Of a stretch of DNA of 64,000 nt, positions 27,306 through 36,900 are shown in pieces. A model generated the notes under the pieces. The model was not told the origin of the DNA, did not search any database, and saw only the letters and a program-made list of their open reading frames with translations. A program made the translations under genes and the position numbers. This stretch comes from Planctomycetota bacterium. GTDB lineage: Bacteria > Planctomycetota > GCA-002687715 > DRQF01. The stretch is taken from NCBI GenBank assembly GCA_027001995.1, contig JALTLO010000023.1, positions 19,156 through 83,155 on the forward strand, read 5' to 3'. Every line of letters starts with the position of its first letter. Within the stretch, counting starts at the first letter, position 1.

Positions 27306-29852
27306 TTAATCTTCTGATGTTTTCTCCGGCGATGAATCCTTTGGAGTTGATTCTTCGCTGTTTTCAGCCAAATCTTCGGCTACATCATCGTCCGTTGCGA
27401 TGACCGCGCAGGCAACAAGGCGGTCTTCCCCCTTCATGCGCATCACGCGAACACCTTGAGTCGCTCGACCCACAGTGGAGATAGACTCCACCTTGGTACG
27501 CACAATCATGCCACCCTCGGAGATAAGCATGATGCCATCATCATCGGCCACCGACAGCACACTAACCACACTGCCATTGCGTTCGCTGGTCTTGATGTTT
27601 CGTACGCCGCTTCCCCCGCGACTTTGAATGCGATATTCACCAAAAGGTGTCTTCTTGCCGTAGCCACGTTCACAAAGAGTGAGCAAAGTTCGGCCTTCTT
27701 CGACTTTGACCATGCCCACGACCCGATCACCTTCGGATTTAAACTTGATACCCCGGACACCCCGAGCAGTTCGGCCCATAGGACGAGCATCTTGCTCATT
27801 GAACCGAATCGACTGTCCGTGGGCTGTGGCGATGATCACCTCGTCATTACCGTCCGTGATGACGGCCCGAACCAATCGGTCACCTTCGTTGAGGCTACAG
27901 GCAATAATGCCAGCAGTCCGCACGTTGGAGAACGCCGAAAGGGCTGTCTTTTTGATGTTGCCCTGCTCAGTCACCAGCATGAGATAGCGATCATCGTCAA
28001 ATTCCCGCACTGGAATCATCGAGGTGATGTTCTCGTCTTCATCCAGTTGAAGGAGATTCACCAGACTGCGACCGCGGCTTGTGCGCGACACTTCAGGAAT
28101 GTGATAGACCTTCAACCAATGCAACTTGCCCTTATCTGTGAAGAACAAGAAGTAGTCCTTAGTCATGGCCACAATGACGCGCTCAAGGAAGTCACCATCT
28201 TTCAGGTCAGCCCCTGCAACGCCGGTGCCGCCACGCCCCTGACTCTTATAGACATGGGGTGGTGTACGTTTGACGTAACCACTGTGGCTAACTGTGACGA
28301 CGGCTTCTTCATCCGCAATGAGCGATTCGTCAGCGATTTCCGTATCAATCATCTCGATCCGGGTGCGACGCTCATCACCATACTTGGCTTTGATCTGCTC
28401 CAGATCATCAATGATCATTCGATGGACAATAGTGATATCGCCAAGGATCTCTCGATAGTAGCGTATCTCTTCCAAGAGGTTCTGATATTCCTCTTCAAGC
28501 TTTGTGACTTCCAAGCCCGTCAAACGTGACAAACGCATGGCCAAAATAGCGTCAGCTTGGCGCTTCGAAAGCTCGAATCGGGCCATTAAGGCATCCCGAG
28601 CCGAATCTGGGCTGTCTGATTCTTTGATGATCTTGACAACTTCATCGATGTTTTGGACTGCGATTCGCAATCCTTCAACGATATGGCAACGATCTTGAGC
28701 CTTCCTCAACAAGAATCGCGTTCGCCGGTGAATCACGTCAACACGATGGTCTCGGTAAGCTACAAAGAACTCTTTCAGTTGGAAGGTCTTGGGGCGGCCC
28801 TTGTCCAGCGCCAACATGATAATCGAGAAAGACGATTGAAGAGGTGTGTGCTTATAAAGCTGATTCACGATCAAGTCAGCGTTCTCACCCTTCTTGATGT
28901 CCAAAACCAAACGCATACCTGCACGGCGATCCGTCTCGTCGTTCGCTCGCACCACACCCTTGATCACACCATCTGCCATCAAGTCCTTGAGGCGCTCAAA
29001 GATCGAATTCGGGTTAACCTGGTAGGGCAGCTCGCTAATCACGATACTTTGACGATCCCCACCTCGGTCTTCAATCTCCACTGTTCCACGAACAGTCACT
29101 TGACCTCGGCCAGTCTTATAAGCTTTCAGAATGCCATTGCGGCCGCAAATAACACCCCCGGTAGGAAAGTCTGGGCCCTGACAGATGGACATAAGCTCCA
29201 GAAGTTCGATTTCTGGATTGTTGATGGTGGCAATGATGGCGTCGGCCACCTCAGTCAAGTTGTGAGGCGGAATGCTCGTGGCCATACCAACAGCAATCCC
29301 CTGAGAACCATTACACAGGAGGTTGGGGAATCGTCCGGGAAGCACAGTGGGCTCTAAGCGGGTATCGTCGTAATTCGGAACGAACTCCACGGTGTCCCGA
29401 TTCAGATCATCGAGCAACTCGGCGGCAGGAGCCCGCATGCGCGCTTCTGTGTAACGCATGGCAGCGGGAGGTGAACCATCCACGTAGCCAAAGTTCCCCT
29501 GGGGGTCGATCAACTGATAGCGCATGTTGAAGGCCTGAGCCAAACGCACCAACGTCGGATAGGCCGCCTGGTCACCATGGGGATGGTAGTTACCCGTGGT
29601 GTCACCAATGATCTTAGCGCACTTTCTGAATTTGGACCGTGGACCCAAATTGAGATCGTTCATCGCCACCAAGATGCGGCGCTGAGAAGGTTTCAAGCCG
29701 TCTCGTACATCCGGCAAAGCGCGCTGAATAATCACGCTCATGGCGTACGAGAGATAAGACTCCTTCATCTCCTCTTCGAGCTCTTGCTCGCGGACATTTC
29801 CACGGAGATCAGGGATATCCTGCTTGTTTGGCCTAGGGGTTTTGCTTGCCAT
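27306..29852 (-). CDS. gyrA: DNA gyrase subunit A
   Basis: RALPDVRDGLKP, YHPHGD, AAMRYTEAR catalytic Tyr, GyrA-box-like QGRGGTG, C-terminal pinwheel repeats. Confidence 0.97.
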   Translation of the reverse strand: MASKTPRPNKQDIPDLRGNVREQELEEEMKESYLSYAMSVIIQRALPDVRDGLKPSQRRILVAMNDLNLGPRSKFRKCAKIIGDTTGNYHPHGDQAAYPTLVRLAQAFNMRYQLIDPQGNFGYVDGSPPAAMRYTEARMRAPAAELLDDLNRDTVEFVPNYDDTRLEPTVLPGRFPNLLCNGSQGIAVGMATSIPPHNLTEVADAIIATINNPEIELLELMSICQGPDFPTGGVICGRNGILKAYKTGRGQVTVRGTVEIEDRGGDRQSIVISELPYQVNPNSIFERLKDLMADGVIKGVVRANDETDRRAGMRLVLDIKKGENADLIVNQLYKHTPLQSSFSIIMLALDKGRPKTFQLKEFFVAYRDHRVDVIHRRTRFLLRKAQDRCHIVEGLRIAVQNIDEVVKIIKESDSPDSARDALMARFELSKRQADAILAMRLSRLTGLEVTKLEEEYQNLLEEIRYYREILGDITIVHRMIIDDLEQIKAKYGDERRTRIEMIDTEIADESLIADEEAVVTVSHSGYVKRTPPHVYKSQGRGGTGVAGADLKDGDFLERVIVAMTKDYFLFFTDKGKLHWLKVYHIPEVSRTSRGRSLVNLLQLDEDENITSMIPVREFDDDRYLMLVTEQGNIKKTALSAFSNVRTAGIIACSLNEGDRLVRAVITDGNDEVIIATAHGQSIRFNEQDARPMGRTARGVRGIKFKSEGDRVVGMVKVEEGRTLLTLCERGYGKKTPFGEYRIQSRGGSGVRNIKTSERNGSVVSVLSVADDDGIMLISEGGMIVRTKVESISTVGRATQGVRVMRMKGEDRLVACAVIATDDDVAEDLAENSEESTPKDSSPEKTSED

Positions 29853-30021
29853 GGGGAGGGCCGCTCTTCTTGCGTTCTAAACTACTGTGATTGCAAGCTT
29901 TATGTAGCTCGACTAAGGGGGCCGCGCGACCCTCTTTTCATCAAGGATATTGTAACCAATTCCGCCTATCCTTCAACCCGGCCCAAGTGGCCGCAAATCG
30001 TTGAAAAATCGAGGCTTAGAG

Positions 30022-31971
30022 TCACTTCCTGGGGTTCGTGTTCGGCCGCAGTAAGTTCTTTAATTGACCCAGTGCTGCTCGTTTCCAACCGGCTTGCAAC
30101 TTCTCAACCTCGAGGGCCGCGGAATCAACGGAGTCACCCGCCGATAGGGAACGATCCAAAGAGCGAAGGAAGTCCATTTCCGGCCCTTCTCCCCTGGGCA
30201 AATCTTGAGGAAAAACCGCTGGAGGCAATGCCCCCAATCGTCGAGCCATGATCTCAATGGCGGTTAAGAGCTGAATGTCCCGTTTCTCGTCCTCGATTTG
30301 CGGATCTCCAGGGGCCAAAGCCTCCACCTCATCAAGCTCCACTTCTGCCCGCCTCCGCTCTCGCTGCAACCGAGGCCAGTCTCCTGTGGCTGCGGCCAAG
30401 TAAGCGCTCAAGATTGACGTGTTGTAGGTAAAAATGGGCGTCGTATAGTCATCCCGGTGACGCCTCATCTCCTTAACCATCAAGCCAGCCTCGGAGAAGT
30501 CCTCCTCTTTCAAGGCTTGGATGGCTCGTGTTTGCCACAAAGTGGCATGAATCATGTATCCCGGGTCGACAATACCCCCATCCAACTCATCTTTGAATTC
30601 GACCATCAGGGCCGCCGCCCGGTCCCCATCATCCGTGGATGCCGCCTCCATCGCACCGGCCCGCAGCGCTCCCACCTGAAACTCATAAGGCAAGGTGTTG
30701 AGCCACATGAAGAGCGGCACCACCAAAAACACAACGATGATCGTTTTCACTCGGCGCATGCGAGCCCGAAACATTTGTGCCAGAGCAGGCTCCTTAAAGT
30801 ACAGACCCAGGAAGTGAATTCGATTCTCGATACTGGGATGAACCAGACCTCCGTCCTTGAGGCGTTTGGGGTAAAGGCGTCCCAGAGTCTCCAAAGAACG
30901 TTTAATGGGTCCTTCGTCTCCCAGGGTTTCACCTGCAAAAGTATCAGCTTCCGACTCAAATGCTTTCGCCACCGGCGAAAAGATAAAAAAGATGAAAAAG
31001 GGATAGAGAAAAATGAGGGCCCACGATGATTCTGCCAATGGATCTGGATCGATAGACACATGCATGAACAAGGATAGCCCCAAAAACATGGCCATATTGA
31101 GCAGGATATGCCCGCGCTTAGAATGCCCCATTTCGTGGGCAAACACCCCAGCCAAATCCTCTTCACTTAGCCTCGTCAAAATAGCATCCGTCAGAAAGAC
31201 GTAACGAAGCCGACCCAAGACACCAACAAACATGGCGTTGACCACCCGGTTGTGAGTTTGAGCCACCCGAATATCAAGAAAACGAAAATTGCCACGTTTA
31301 GCGATTTCTTCAAACCGCGTGCGCATAGGCCCCGGGGGCATCGATTGACTGCCAAGGGCCAGCCTCACCAAGAACGGCGAAAAGGTCACAATTAAAACCG
31401 TGAATCCCAAGGAGATCAGCAACTCAAGACTGGGGTAGGCAGCCATCAAAAAACGAGTTTCACCGTGGGTGGCCAACCAGGTCGTGATACTAAAAATCAA
31501 ACAAGGCAACAGAGGAACAATGAAAACGCGGTAGTTAAATTTGAAATAGGATGCCAACGGCCAGGGCTGGATTCGTTGGCCCTCGTCAACGCGCCAGCGG
31601 TGATAAAGTGCCGAGGCATGCATGGCAAACCAAGGAAGAATGAGCCCAACAGCAGGCAAGAAAAACATGTCTCCCAAGCCCAAGTCAACTTGAATAATAC
31701 GGTTCCATCCGTAGTGCAGAATGGCGTAAAATGCCAACTGGTGAATGAATACGACGGTCCAGGGGCTTGGGCCGATCTTGCGCACTGGGCCATCTATGGA
31801 TGCTCTTTCCCAGGCCAAGCGCTTGTTAGCCATGCGGCGATGAAAAACTTCGAGAGCCAAGAGTAAGCCGATAGGAACCAAGAACGGAGGCTCGTACACC
31901 TCTCCGTCTTGGGGGCCATAACTGGCAACTTGAAGAGCCGCCATGAGAAATCCTGCGATCCCTGCGATCAT
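30022..31971 (-). CDS. M48-family membrane zinc peptidase with helical C-terminal extension
   Basis: HEMGH, ESEADTFA, HPSIENRI motifs; TM helices. Confidence 0.88.
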   Translation of the reverse strand: MIAGIAGFLMAALQVASYGPQDGEVYEPPFLVPIGLLLALEVFHRRMANKRLAWERASIDGPVRKIGPSPWTVVFIHQLAFYAILHYGWNRIIQVDLGLGDMFFLPAVGLILPWFAMHASALYHRWRVDEGQRIQPWPLASYFKFNYRVFIVPLLPCLIFSITTWLATHGETRFLMAAYPSLELLISLGFTVLIVTFSPFLVRLALGSQSMPPGPMRTRFEEIAKRGNFRFLDIRVAQTHNRVVNAMFVGVLGRLRYVFLTDAILTRLSEEDLAGVFAHEMGHSKRGHILLNMAMFLGLSLFMHVSIDPDPLAESSWALIFLYPFFIFFIFSPVAKAFESEADTFAGETLGDEGPIKRSLETLGRLYPKRLKDGGLVHPSIENRIHFLGLYFKEPALAQMFRARMRRVKTIIVVFLVVPLFMWLNTLPYEFQVGALRAGAMEAASTDDGDRAAALMVEFKDELDGGIVDPGYMIHATLWQTRAIQALKEEDFSEAGLMVKEMRRHRDDYTTPIFTYNTSILSAYLAAATGDWPRLQRERRRAEVELDEVEALAPGDPQIEDEKRDIQLLTAIEIMARRLGALPPAVFPQDLPRGEGPEMDFLRSLDRSLSAGDSVDSAALEVEKLQAGWKRAALGQLKNLLRPNTNPRK

Positions 31972-32855
31972 CCTAAAACCTTCTTCGTTGTGACGAAATG
32001 CAACTTCGCAACTTGTTCCAAAACACCTTCACCTTTAACCTTCACCAATCTCTTGGCTGTGGCATCTACATTGCCTCCTGCACCCTTCGGCAAGGTCAAA
32101 TCAAACTCCCGACCCAGAAAAAACAGACTACGGTGAAATGCTTCGCTGGCTAAGATCGAGGCCGCTCCCACTGCCGGAATAGACTCGGCTTTTGTTCTGA
32201 GGACAAGCTCCGCAGCCCGGCCTTTTTCTTTTAGCCCCCGGCGAAACGGGGCCTCGTTGCAAAACTTGTCAACGACAATTGTCTTGGCATCCGTCTTCTC
32301 CAAGACACACTCCAAGGCTGTGCCATGAGCCCACGCCAAGAGTGTGTTCAGATTGCCAAACTTGCGGTAGAGTTGATTGTATTTTACCGGCCCAATGACC
32401 ACCACTTCGTGGGGCAAGTGCTCTTTGATCAGTTTCGATGTTTTCTCAATATGGCTGCGAGAAAGCTTCTTGCTATCCCCCAACTTTGCTGCTTCCATGA
32501 CACTGGCATACTCGGGACCATAAGCCACAGCAGCCACCACCAGGGGGCCGAAATAATCTCCCTTTCCAGATTCATCGGAGCCAACAACCGTACTAGAAAA
32601 TTCGAGAATCGCTTCTTCTTGCGCTTTCTGTTTGGGGGCCTGGCCTTCATGGTCGGCAAGGTAGTGGGCGACAAACATGTCCGTGCCTTTCCCTTGAACA
32701 ACGCACTTGCCAGAATTGTAGAGGGTAACAGAAACCCCCTCCCCTTTGGCCCCAAAGCGAGCGTAGTCCACCGCCCGAAATTCGAAATCGCCACCATGAA
32801 CCGCCTGCTCCAAGCTGTCCATTTCGGAACTGGTCAATTTTGCAACAAACGTCAT
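31968..32855 (-). CDS. rnhC: Ribonuclease HIII
   Basis: TBP-like N-domain (YNSGKCVVQG), GSDESGKGDYFGPLVVAAV, DSKKL, AKLHF.T. Confidence 0.93.
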   Translation of the reverse strand: MTFVAKLTSSEMDSLEQAVHGGDFEFRAVDYARFGAKGEGVSVTLYNSGKCVVQGKGTDMFVAHYLADHEGQAPKQKAQEEAILEFSSTVVGSDESGKGDYFGPLVVAAVAYGPEYASVMEAAKLGDSKKLSRSHIEKTSKLIKEHLPHEVVVIGPVKYNQLYRKFGNLNTLLAWAHGTALECVLEKTDAKTIVVDKFCNEAPFRRGLKEKGRAAELVLRTKAESIPAVGAASILASEAFHRSLFFLGREFDLTLPKGAGGNVDATAKRLVKVKGEGVLEQVAKLHFVTTKKVLG

Positions 32856-33151
32856 GTCTCGAGTCCAAAACCCTACTTGGCACGCATACCCGTCAATCCT
32901 GAGGCTACCTCGTGGTTTCTGAGGCTATTAAAGACGAAAAAGAACCACAGGAGGCCAATCAGAGTAACAACCCCTCTGGCTGATGCCGCATCCAACTGAT
33001 TCATTTGGGAGAATGCCAGAGTTTTCATGGCGGAACACCGCCCTTCGTGGTCATTCTTTCGGGAAGAACACAATTTACTCCATATATATCCTTGCCCCAT
33101 GATTGACGATTTAGTTTGATCAACAGAGGGGATTTCTGGAGACTCACGGGC

Positions 33152-33514
33152 ATGAGAATCAACGATACCAGCAACGACGTGGAGATCCTGGTCGAAATGG
33201 GCAAAAGGATGCGCAATCAACGCCTCCTATTAGGTCTAACTCAGGCTGGACTTGCCGTTTCTGCCGGTGTCTCCAAGCGCACCATTGAGCGCTTAGAAAG
33301 TGGAGCCTCTGTCCAAGTCTCAAGTCTTATTCGTTTATTCCGTAGCTTGGGCCTCACCAAACACTTAGATCAGACTGTGCCGGAAATTGATGAAGACCGG
33401 AAAGAGCTCAAGAATCGCCAAGGTGTGGTCAGACGGCGGGCAACATCAAGGACCCATCGCCAGCCTCCAGTTGATCTATCCGAAGGAGAGCAAGATCAGA
33501 ATTCCCCAGGTTAG
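33152..33514 (+). CDS. XRE-family HTH transcriptional regulator (ORF track start 33116)
   Basis: LTQAGLAVSAGVSKRTIERLESG helix-turn-helix. Confidence 0.85.
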   Translation: MRINDTSNDVEILVEMGKRMRNQRLLLGLTQAGLAVSAGVSKRTIERLESGASVQVSSLIRLFRSLGLTKHLDQTVPEIDEDRKELKNRQGVVRRRATSRTHRQPPVDLSEGEQDQNSPG

Positions 33515-33525
33515 ACGAGAAGGCT

Positions 33526-34542
33526 GTGCCACAACATAATAGGAGACCCAGGGGCAAGAATCCCAAGGCCATGGGCTGTTGGGGGCTATTCCTATTGCTG
33601 TCTTGTTTCTTGACAAACATCTGTGTTGCTCAAGAAGAACTAACTGGGAAGGGCATTGTGGTTACTTTTCCCAAGGGCATGGAGGGAGCAGCTCAGCGGG
33701 TGCTGCGAACCTACAACAACCTGAAACGAGACTGCGAGGTTAAGCTGGGCTACCGTTACAATAGGGATGTCGAGGTTTTCCTGTGCCGCGACCACGATTC
33801 TTTCAATAGGCGGATCGTCGCTTTAGGAGGGCGGAAGAAGCCCCAACACATCGCCGCGGTGGCTTTCTCCCTTGCAGATGTCATTGTCCTGAAGTCAGCG
33901 GCGTGGATCAAAGCCCAACCAGGTGAATTCAAAACCATATTTCAGCACGAGATTTCTCATTGCCTCTTGGGATATATACGTCGGCGACACCGAGGCATGG
34001 ATCTCCCACGGTGGTTCGACGAAGGGATCGCACAATGGGTGAGCGAAGGCTTGTTCCATGGGAAAAGTGTGCAACTTCACCAAGCCCTCCGGGCCGATGC
34101 ATGGATTCCTTTTGACCAACTAAACCAGAGGTTTCCTGAGCAGGAAGGGGCATCGGCCTTAGCATACGCCCAGAGTGAAAGCATGGTCCGCTTCATTGCT
34201 GAATACAACGATCCCAACCTGAAGAAAGCCAACATTCATGGCATTCTCCTTCGACTCGTGGAGCGGGATTCTTTTGACAAGGCCCTCTTCGCCGTAACCG
34301 GCCTACATCTGAGTGGGCTGGAATCTGCGTGGAGCCGACAAGAGCGATCATCGGCCCCCTTCCCGCTCACACTCTTTCCTGATGCCATTTTCGCCATCAC
34401 CATTGTGGTCTTGGCCCTCTTAGCTTTTGCCAACTATCGAGGCCGTCGAAACCGAAGATTGGTCCAAATGGACGAAGAAGAATCTCAATGGGCCCATGGG
34501 AATCCTCAGGAAACCGAAGAAGAACGGGATGATATGGGATAA
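33526..34542 (+). CDS. Exported gluzincin (peptidase MA-like) with C-terminal membrane anchor
   Basis: Signal-like segment, HEISH...PRWFDEGIAQW, AYAQS; C-terminal TM followed by basic residues. Confidence 0.8.
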   Translation: MPQHNRRPRGKNPKAMGCWGLFLLLSCFLTNICVAQEELTGKGIVVTFPKGMEGAAQRVLRTYNNLKRDCEVKLGYRYNRDVEVFLCRDHDSFNRRIVALGGRKKPQHIAAVAFSLADVIVLKSAAWIKAQPGEFKTIFQHEISHCLLGYIRRRHRGMDLPRWFDEGIAQWVSEGLFHGKSVQLHQALRADAWIPFDQLNQRFPEQEGASALAYAQSESMVRFIAEYNDPNLKKANIHGILLRLVERDSFDKALFAVTGLHLSGLESAWSRQERSSAPFPLTLFPDAIFAITIVVLALLAFANYRGRRNRRLVQMDEEESQWAHGNPQETEEERDDMG

Positions 34543-34719
34543 AATCCCCATTTTGACCCAAAATCTGCCCTCGGATATCACAACCACCCAAAAACAAGGT
34601 GATATCTGGGTTGAATCACCCACCGGAACATACACAACTCGCGCGGCTCGCTAAGGGAGAACATCTTGGCTATGATGTCCGCGCGTACCCATCGCGCCCA
34701 GTCCAACGTGAGAAAAAGA

Positions 34720-36396
34720 ATGAATAGAAGAATCGCAAGCACCATTTTCTTGGTTGTCTTCGTGCTTTGCCTGAGTCACATGACCAAGGCACAAGTGACC
34801 ACGGCTGTGACCATCAATGGAGCAGCACCGGGAGACCTACTCGGAGACTCTGTCGGTTGTGCTGGAGATGTCAATGGCGATGGGTTCGACGACATCATCG
34901 TTGGAAGCCCCCGAAACGACGCAAACGGCACAAACGCCGGGCAGATTCAAGTGGTATCAGGCTTCGACAACACCATTCTATTCACCATCAATGGGCCAGC
35001 AGCCAATGACAATTTTGGCAAAGCCGTCGCTGGCGCTGGTGATGTAAACGGAGACGGATTCGCCGACTTCGTAGTCGGTGCCCCCTTTCATGACACAGGA
35101 GGCGCCAATTCCGGAAGGCTCTTTGTCTACTCGGGAGTCGATGGCAGCCAGCTCTACTTCTTCTCCGGCGACAACTTCAACGATCAGATGGGGGCCAGTG
35201 TAAGTGGAGCAGGTGATGTGAATGGGGATGGCTTTGACGACATCATTGCAGGAGCCCCGGGAGACGACAATAACGGGACGAGCTCCGGGTCGTCACGGGT
35301 TTTCTCCGGGGCAGACGGCTCCATCCTCTACACCTTCGACGGTGACACCGCCCACGACACCATGGGATTCTCGGTGGGCCAAGCCGGTGACACCAACGGA
35401 GATGGTTTTGACGATGTCATCGTCGGCATCTGGTCGGACGACGACAACGGCACCAATTCAGGAAGTGCTCGGATCTTCTCCGGGGCGGATGGCTCCATCC
35501 TACTGATGATCAATGGTGACAACATCGGCGATGAATTGGGACGATCTGTTGCTGGGGCTGGCGATGTGAATCGCGACGGCTTTGATGATGTCATCGTCGG
35601 AGCTCCCAACGATGACAACTTGGGCAACAATTCAGGCAGTGCCCGGGTGATTTCTGGTGCCGATGGCGCTGTTCTTTACGTCTTCAACGGAACCTCCTCT
35701 GTCGACCTCTTCGGGACCAGCGTTGGGGGGGCTGGGGACTTCAATGGAGACGGTTATGCCGATCTCGTGGTTGGAATGCCCTTGGAAGACAATGGTGCAG
35801 CCAACACTGGCACAGTTCAGGTATTCTCTGGGGCCGACGGATCCATCCTTGCCCAAGTCGATGGATCTAACAGCGGCGACTTCTTAGGAGCTGCCACTGC
35901 CAGCGCAGGAGACTTCAATGGCGATGGGTTCGGCGACATTGTGATTGGCAACTCTCTCAATGACAGCAATGGTGCCGACTCTGGACAAGCGCGGGTTTTT
36001 CTGTCCCCAACCCTCCCTGTCCTCAACTACGTCACCCAAAGCAGCGAGATTCATGGTCTGAGAATGGAATGGTTCCCCACTGGAGGAAACAACCAAGCCC
36101 TCTCGGGCAACCTTCTTATTAGCCAAGGAACCCCTGGTGGCCTTGGTGAATTGGGAATTAGCCTAGCGCCCGCAGATATCGTCTTGTTCGGTTTTCTTCC
36201 TCTTTTGATCGCCATTGACTCCACCAACGTCATCTCCGATCAGTTCTTCGGATTCGATGCCAACGGTGAATTGACTTTGGCCAATCTAACGAGACAAAGT
36301 CCCTTCTTGGCTGGCACACTCATTTACATTCAGAGCTACGAGATCAGCCCGATCTTCAAGAGCTCCAACGGCCTTCGATCACTGTTGACTATGTAG
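34720..36396 (+). CDS. FG-GAP (integrin-alpha beta-propeller) repeat protein (ORF track start 34666)
   Basis: Signal peptide; seven AGDxNxDGxxD repeats; distinct C-terminal domain ending IYIQ...SSNGL. Confidence 0.92.
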   Translation: MNRRIASTIFLVVFVLCLSHMTKAQVTTAVTINGAAPGDLLGDSVGCAGDVNGDGFDDIIVGSPRNDANGTNAGQIQVVSGFDNTILFTINGPAANDNFGKAVAGAGDVNGDGFADFVVGAPFHDTGGANSGRLFVYSGVDGSQLYFFSGDNFNDQMGASVSGAGDVNGDGFDDIIAGAPGDDNNGTSSGSSRVFSGADGSILYTFDGDTAHDTMGFSVGQAGDTNGDGFDDVIVGIWSDDDNGTNSGSARIFSGADGSILLMINGDNIGDELGRSVAGAGDVNRDGFDDVIVGAPNDDNLGNNSGSARVISGADGAVLYVFNGTSSVDLFGTSVGGAGDFNGDGYADLVVGMPLEDNGAANTGTVQVFSGADGSILAQVDGSNSGDFLGAATASAGDFNGDGFGDIVIGNSLNDSNGADSGQARVFLSPTLPVLNYVTQSSEIHGLRMEWFPTGGNNQALSGNLLISQGTPGGLGELGISLAPADIVLFGFLPLLIAIDSTNVISDQFFGFDANGELTLANLTRQSPFLAGTLIYIQSYEISPIFKSSNGLRSLLTM

Positions 36397-36430
36397 GGCG
36401 ACACCGAAAGAACTTGGCAGCCTTCAGGAT

Positions 36431-36472
36431 AAAACAGAGACCCCGTGTTCATATGTTGAACACGGGGTCTCT
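36431..36472. terminator. Strong hairpin/terminator after the FG-GAP gene
   Basis: 16-bp perfect stem AGAGACCCCGTGTTCA-TATGT-TGAACACGGGGTCTCT; T-run on the minus side. Confidence 0.7.
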
Positions 36473-36900
36473 TAGCTCAGCAACCTGGCCTCTCGCTCTC
36501 TCAACCAGAGTCGAGCCGAGGCAAATGGGTTTTTGGGTCCGTCGATTCGGCCCGGCGCGAGGAGGCCGAATCGGGGACCACTCAAAGAAACGGCTTCAGC
36601 TAGAGTCCGGGGTCAGAGAAAGCAAAAAGATGCGAACTTCCGGCAGCTGTCACGAGGAAGGAAAGTGCCCTCCCCATGGACTAAAGTTGGTTTGGTGCTG
36701 CATTTAGCTAGATCAAGAAATGAGACCCCAGATCTCCTTCTGTCTCGGAAAATTCCTGATTCCTTCAGACATAGGAATTCAACGAGTGCTGCACCCACAG
36801 TTGAGCCTCTGAGTTTGCCCAAACGCAAACAAAGAAGGCCACGTCCAAGAGGTGGAATGGGTGGTGGTGATAGGGGCTTTGACCCCCGGGGGAGCGTTCC

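Noticed and set aside
27456..30251. Long + strand ORFs (357, 234 and 224 aa) opposite gyrA
   Set aside because: Antisense shadows of a conserved gene with no motifs
33152..34542. XRE + HExxH peptidase as an ImmR/ImmA or DdrO/IrrE switch
   Set aside because: The peptidase has a signal-like N-terminus and a C-terminal TM anchor, so it is probably extracytoplasmic
34820..36000. Recurring DNA motifs (ggcgatgggttcgacgac-like) about every 170 nt
   Set aside because: They encode FG-GAP protein repeats; degenerate and in-frame, not a CRISPR array
36640..36680. GAGGAAGGAAAGTGCCC resembling RNase P or SRP RNA motifs
   Set aside because: Other conserved elements (P4 partner strand, SRP domain IV stem) not found
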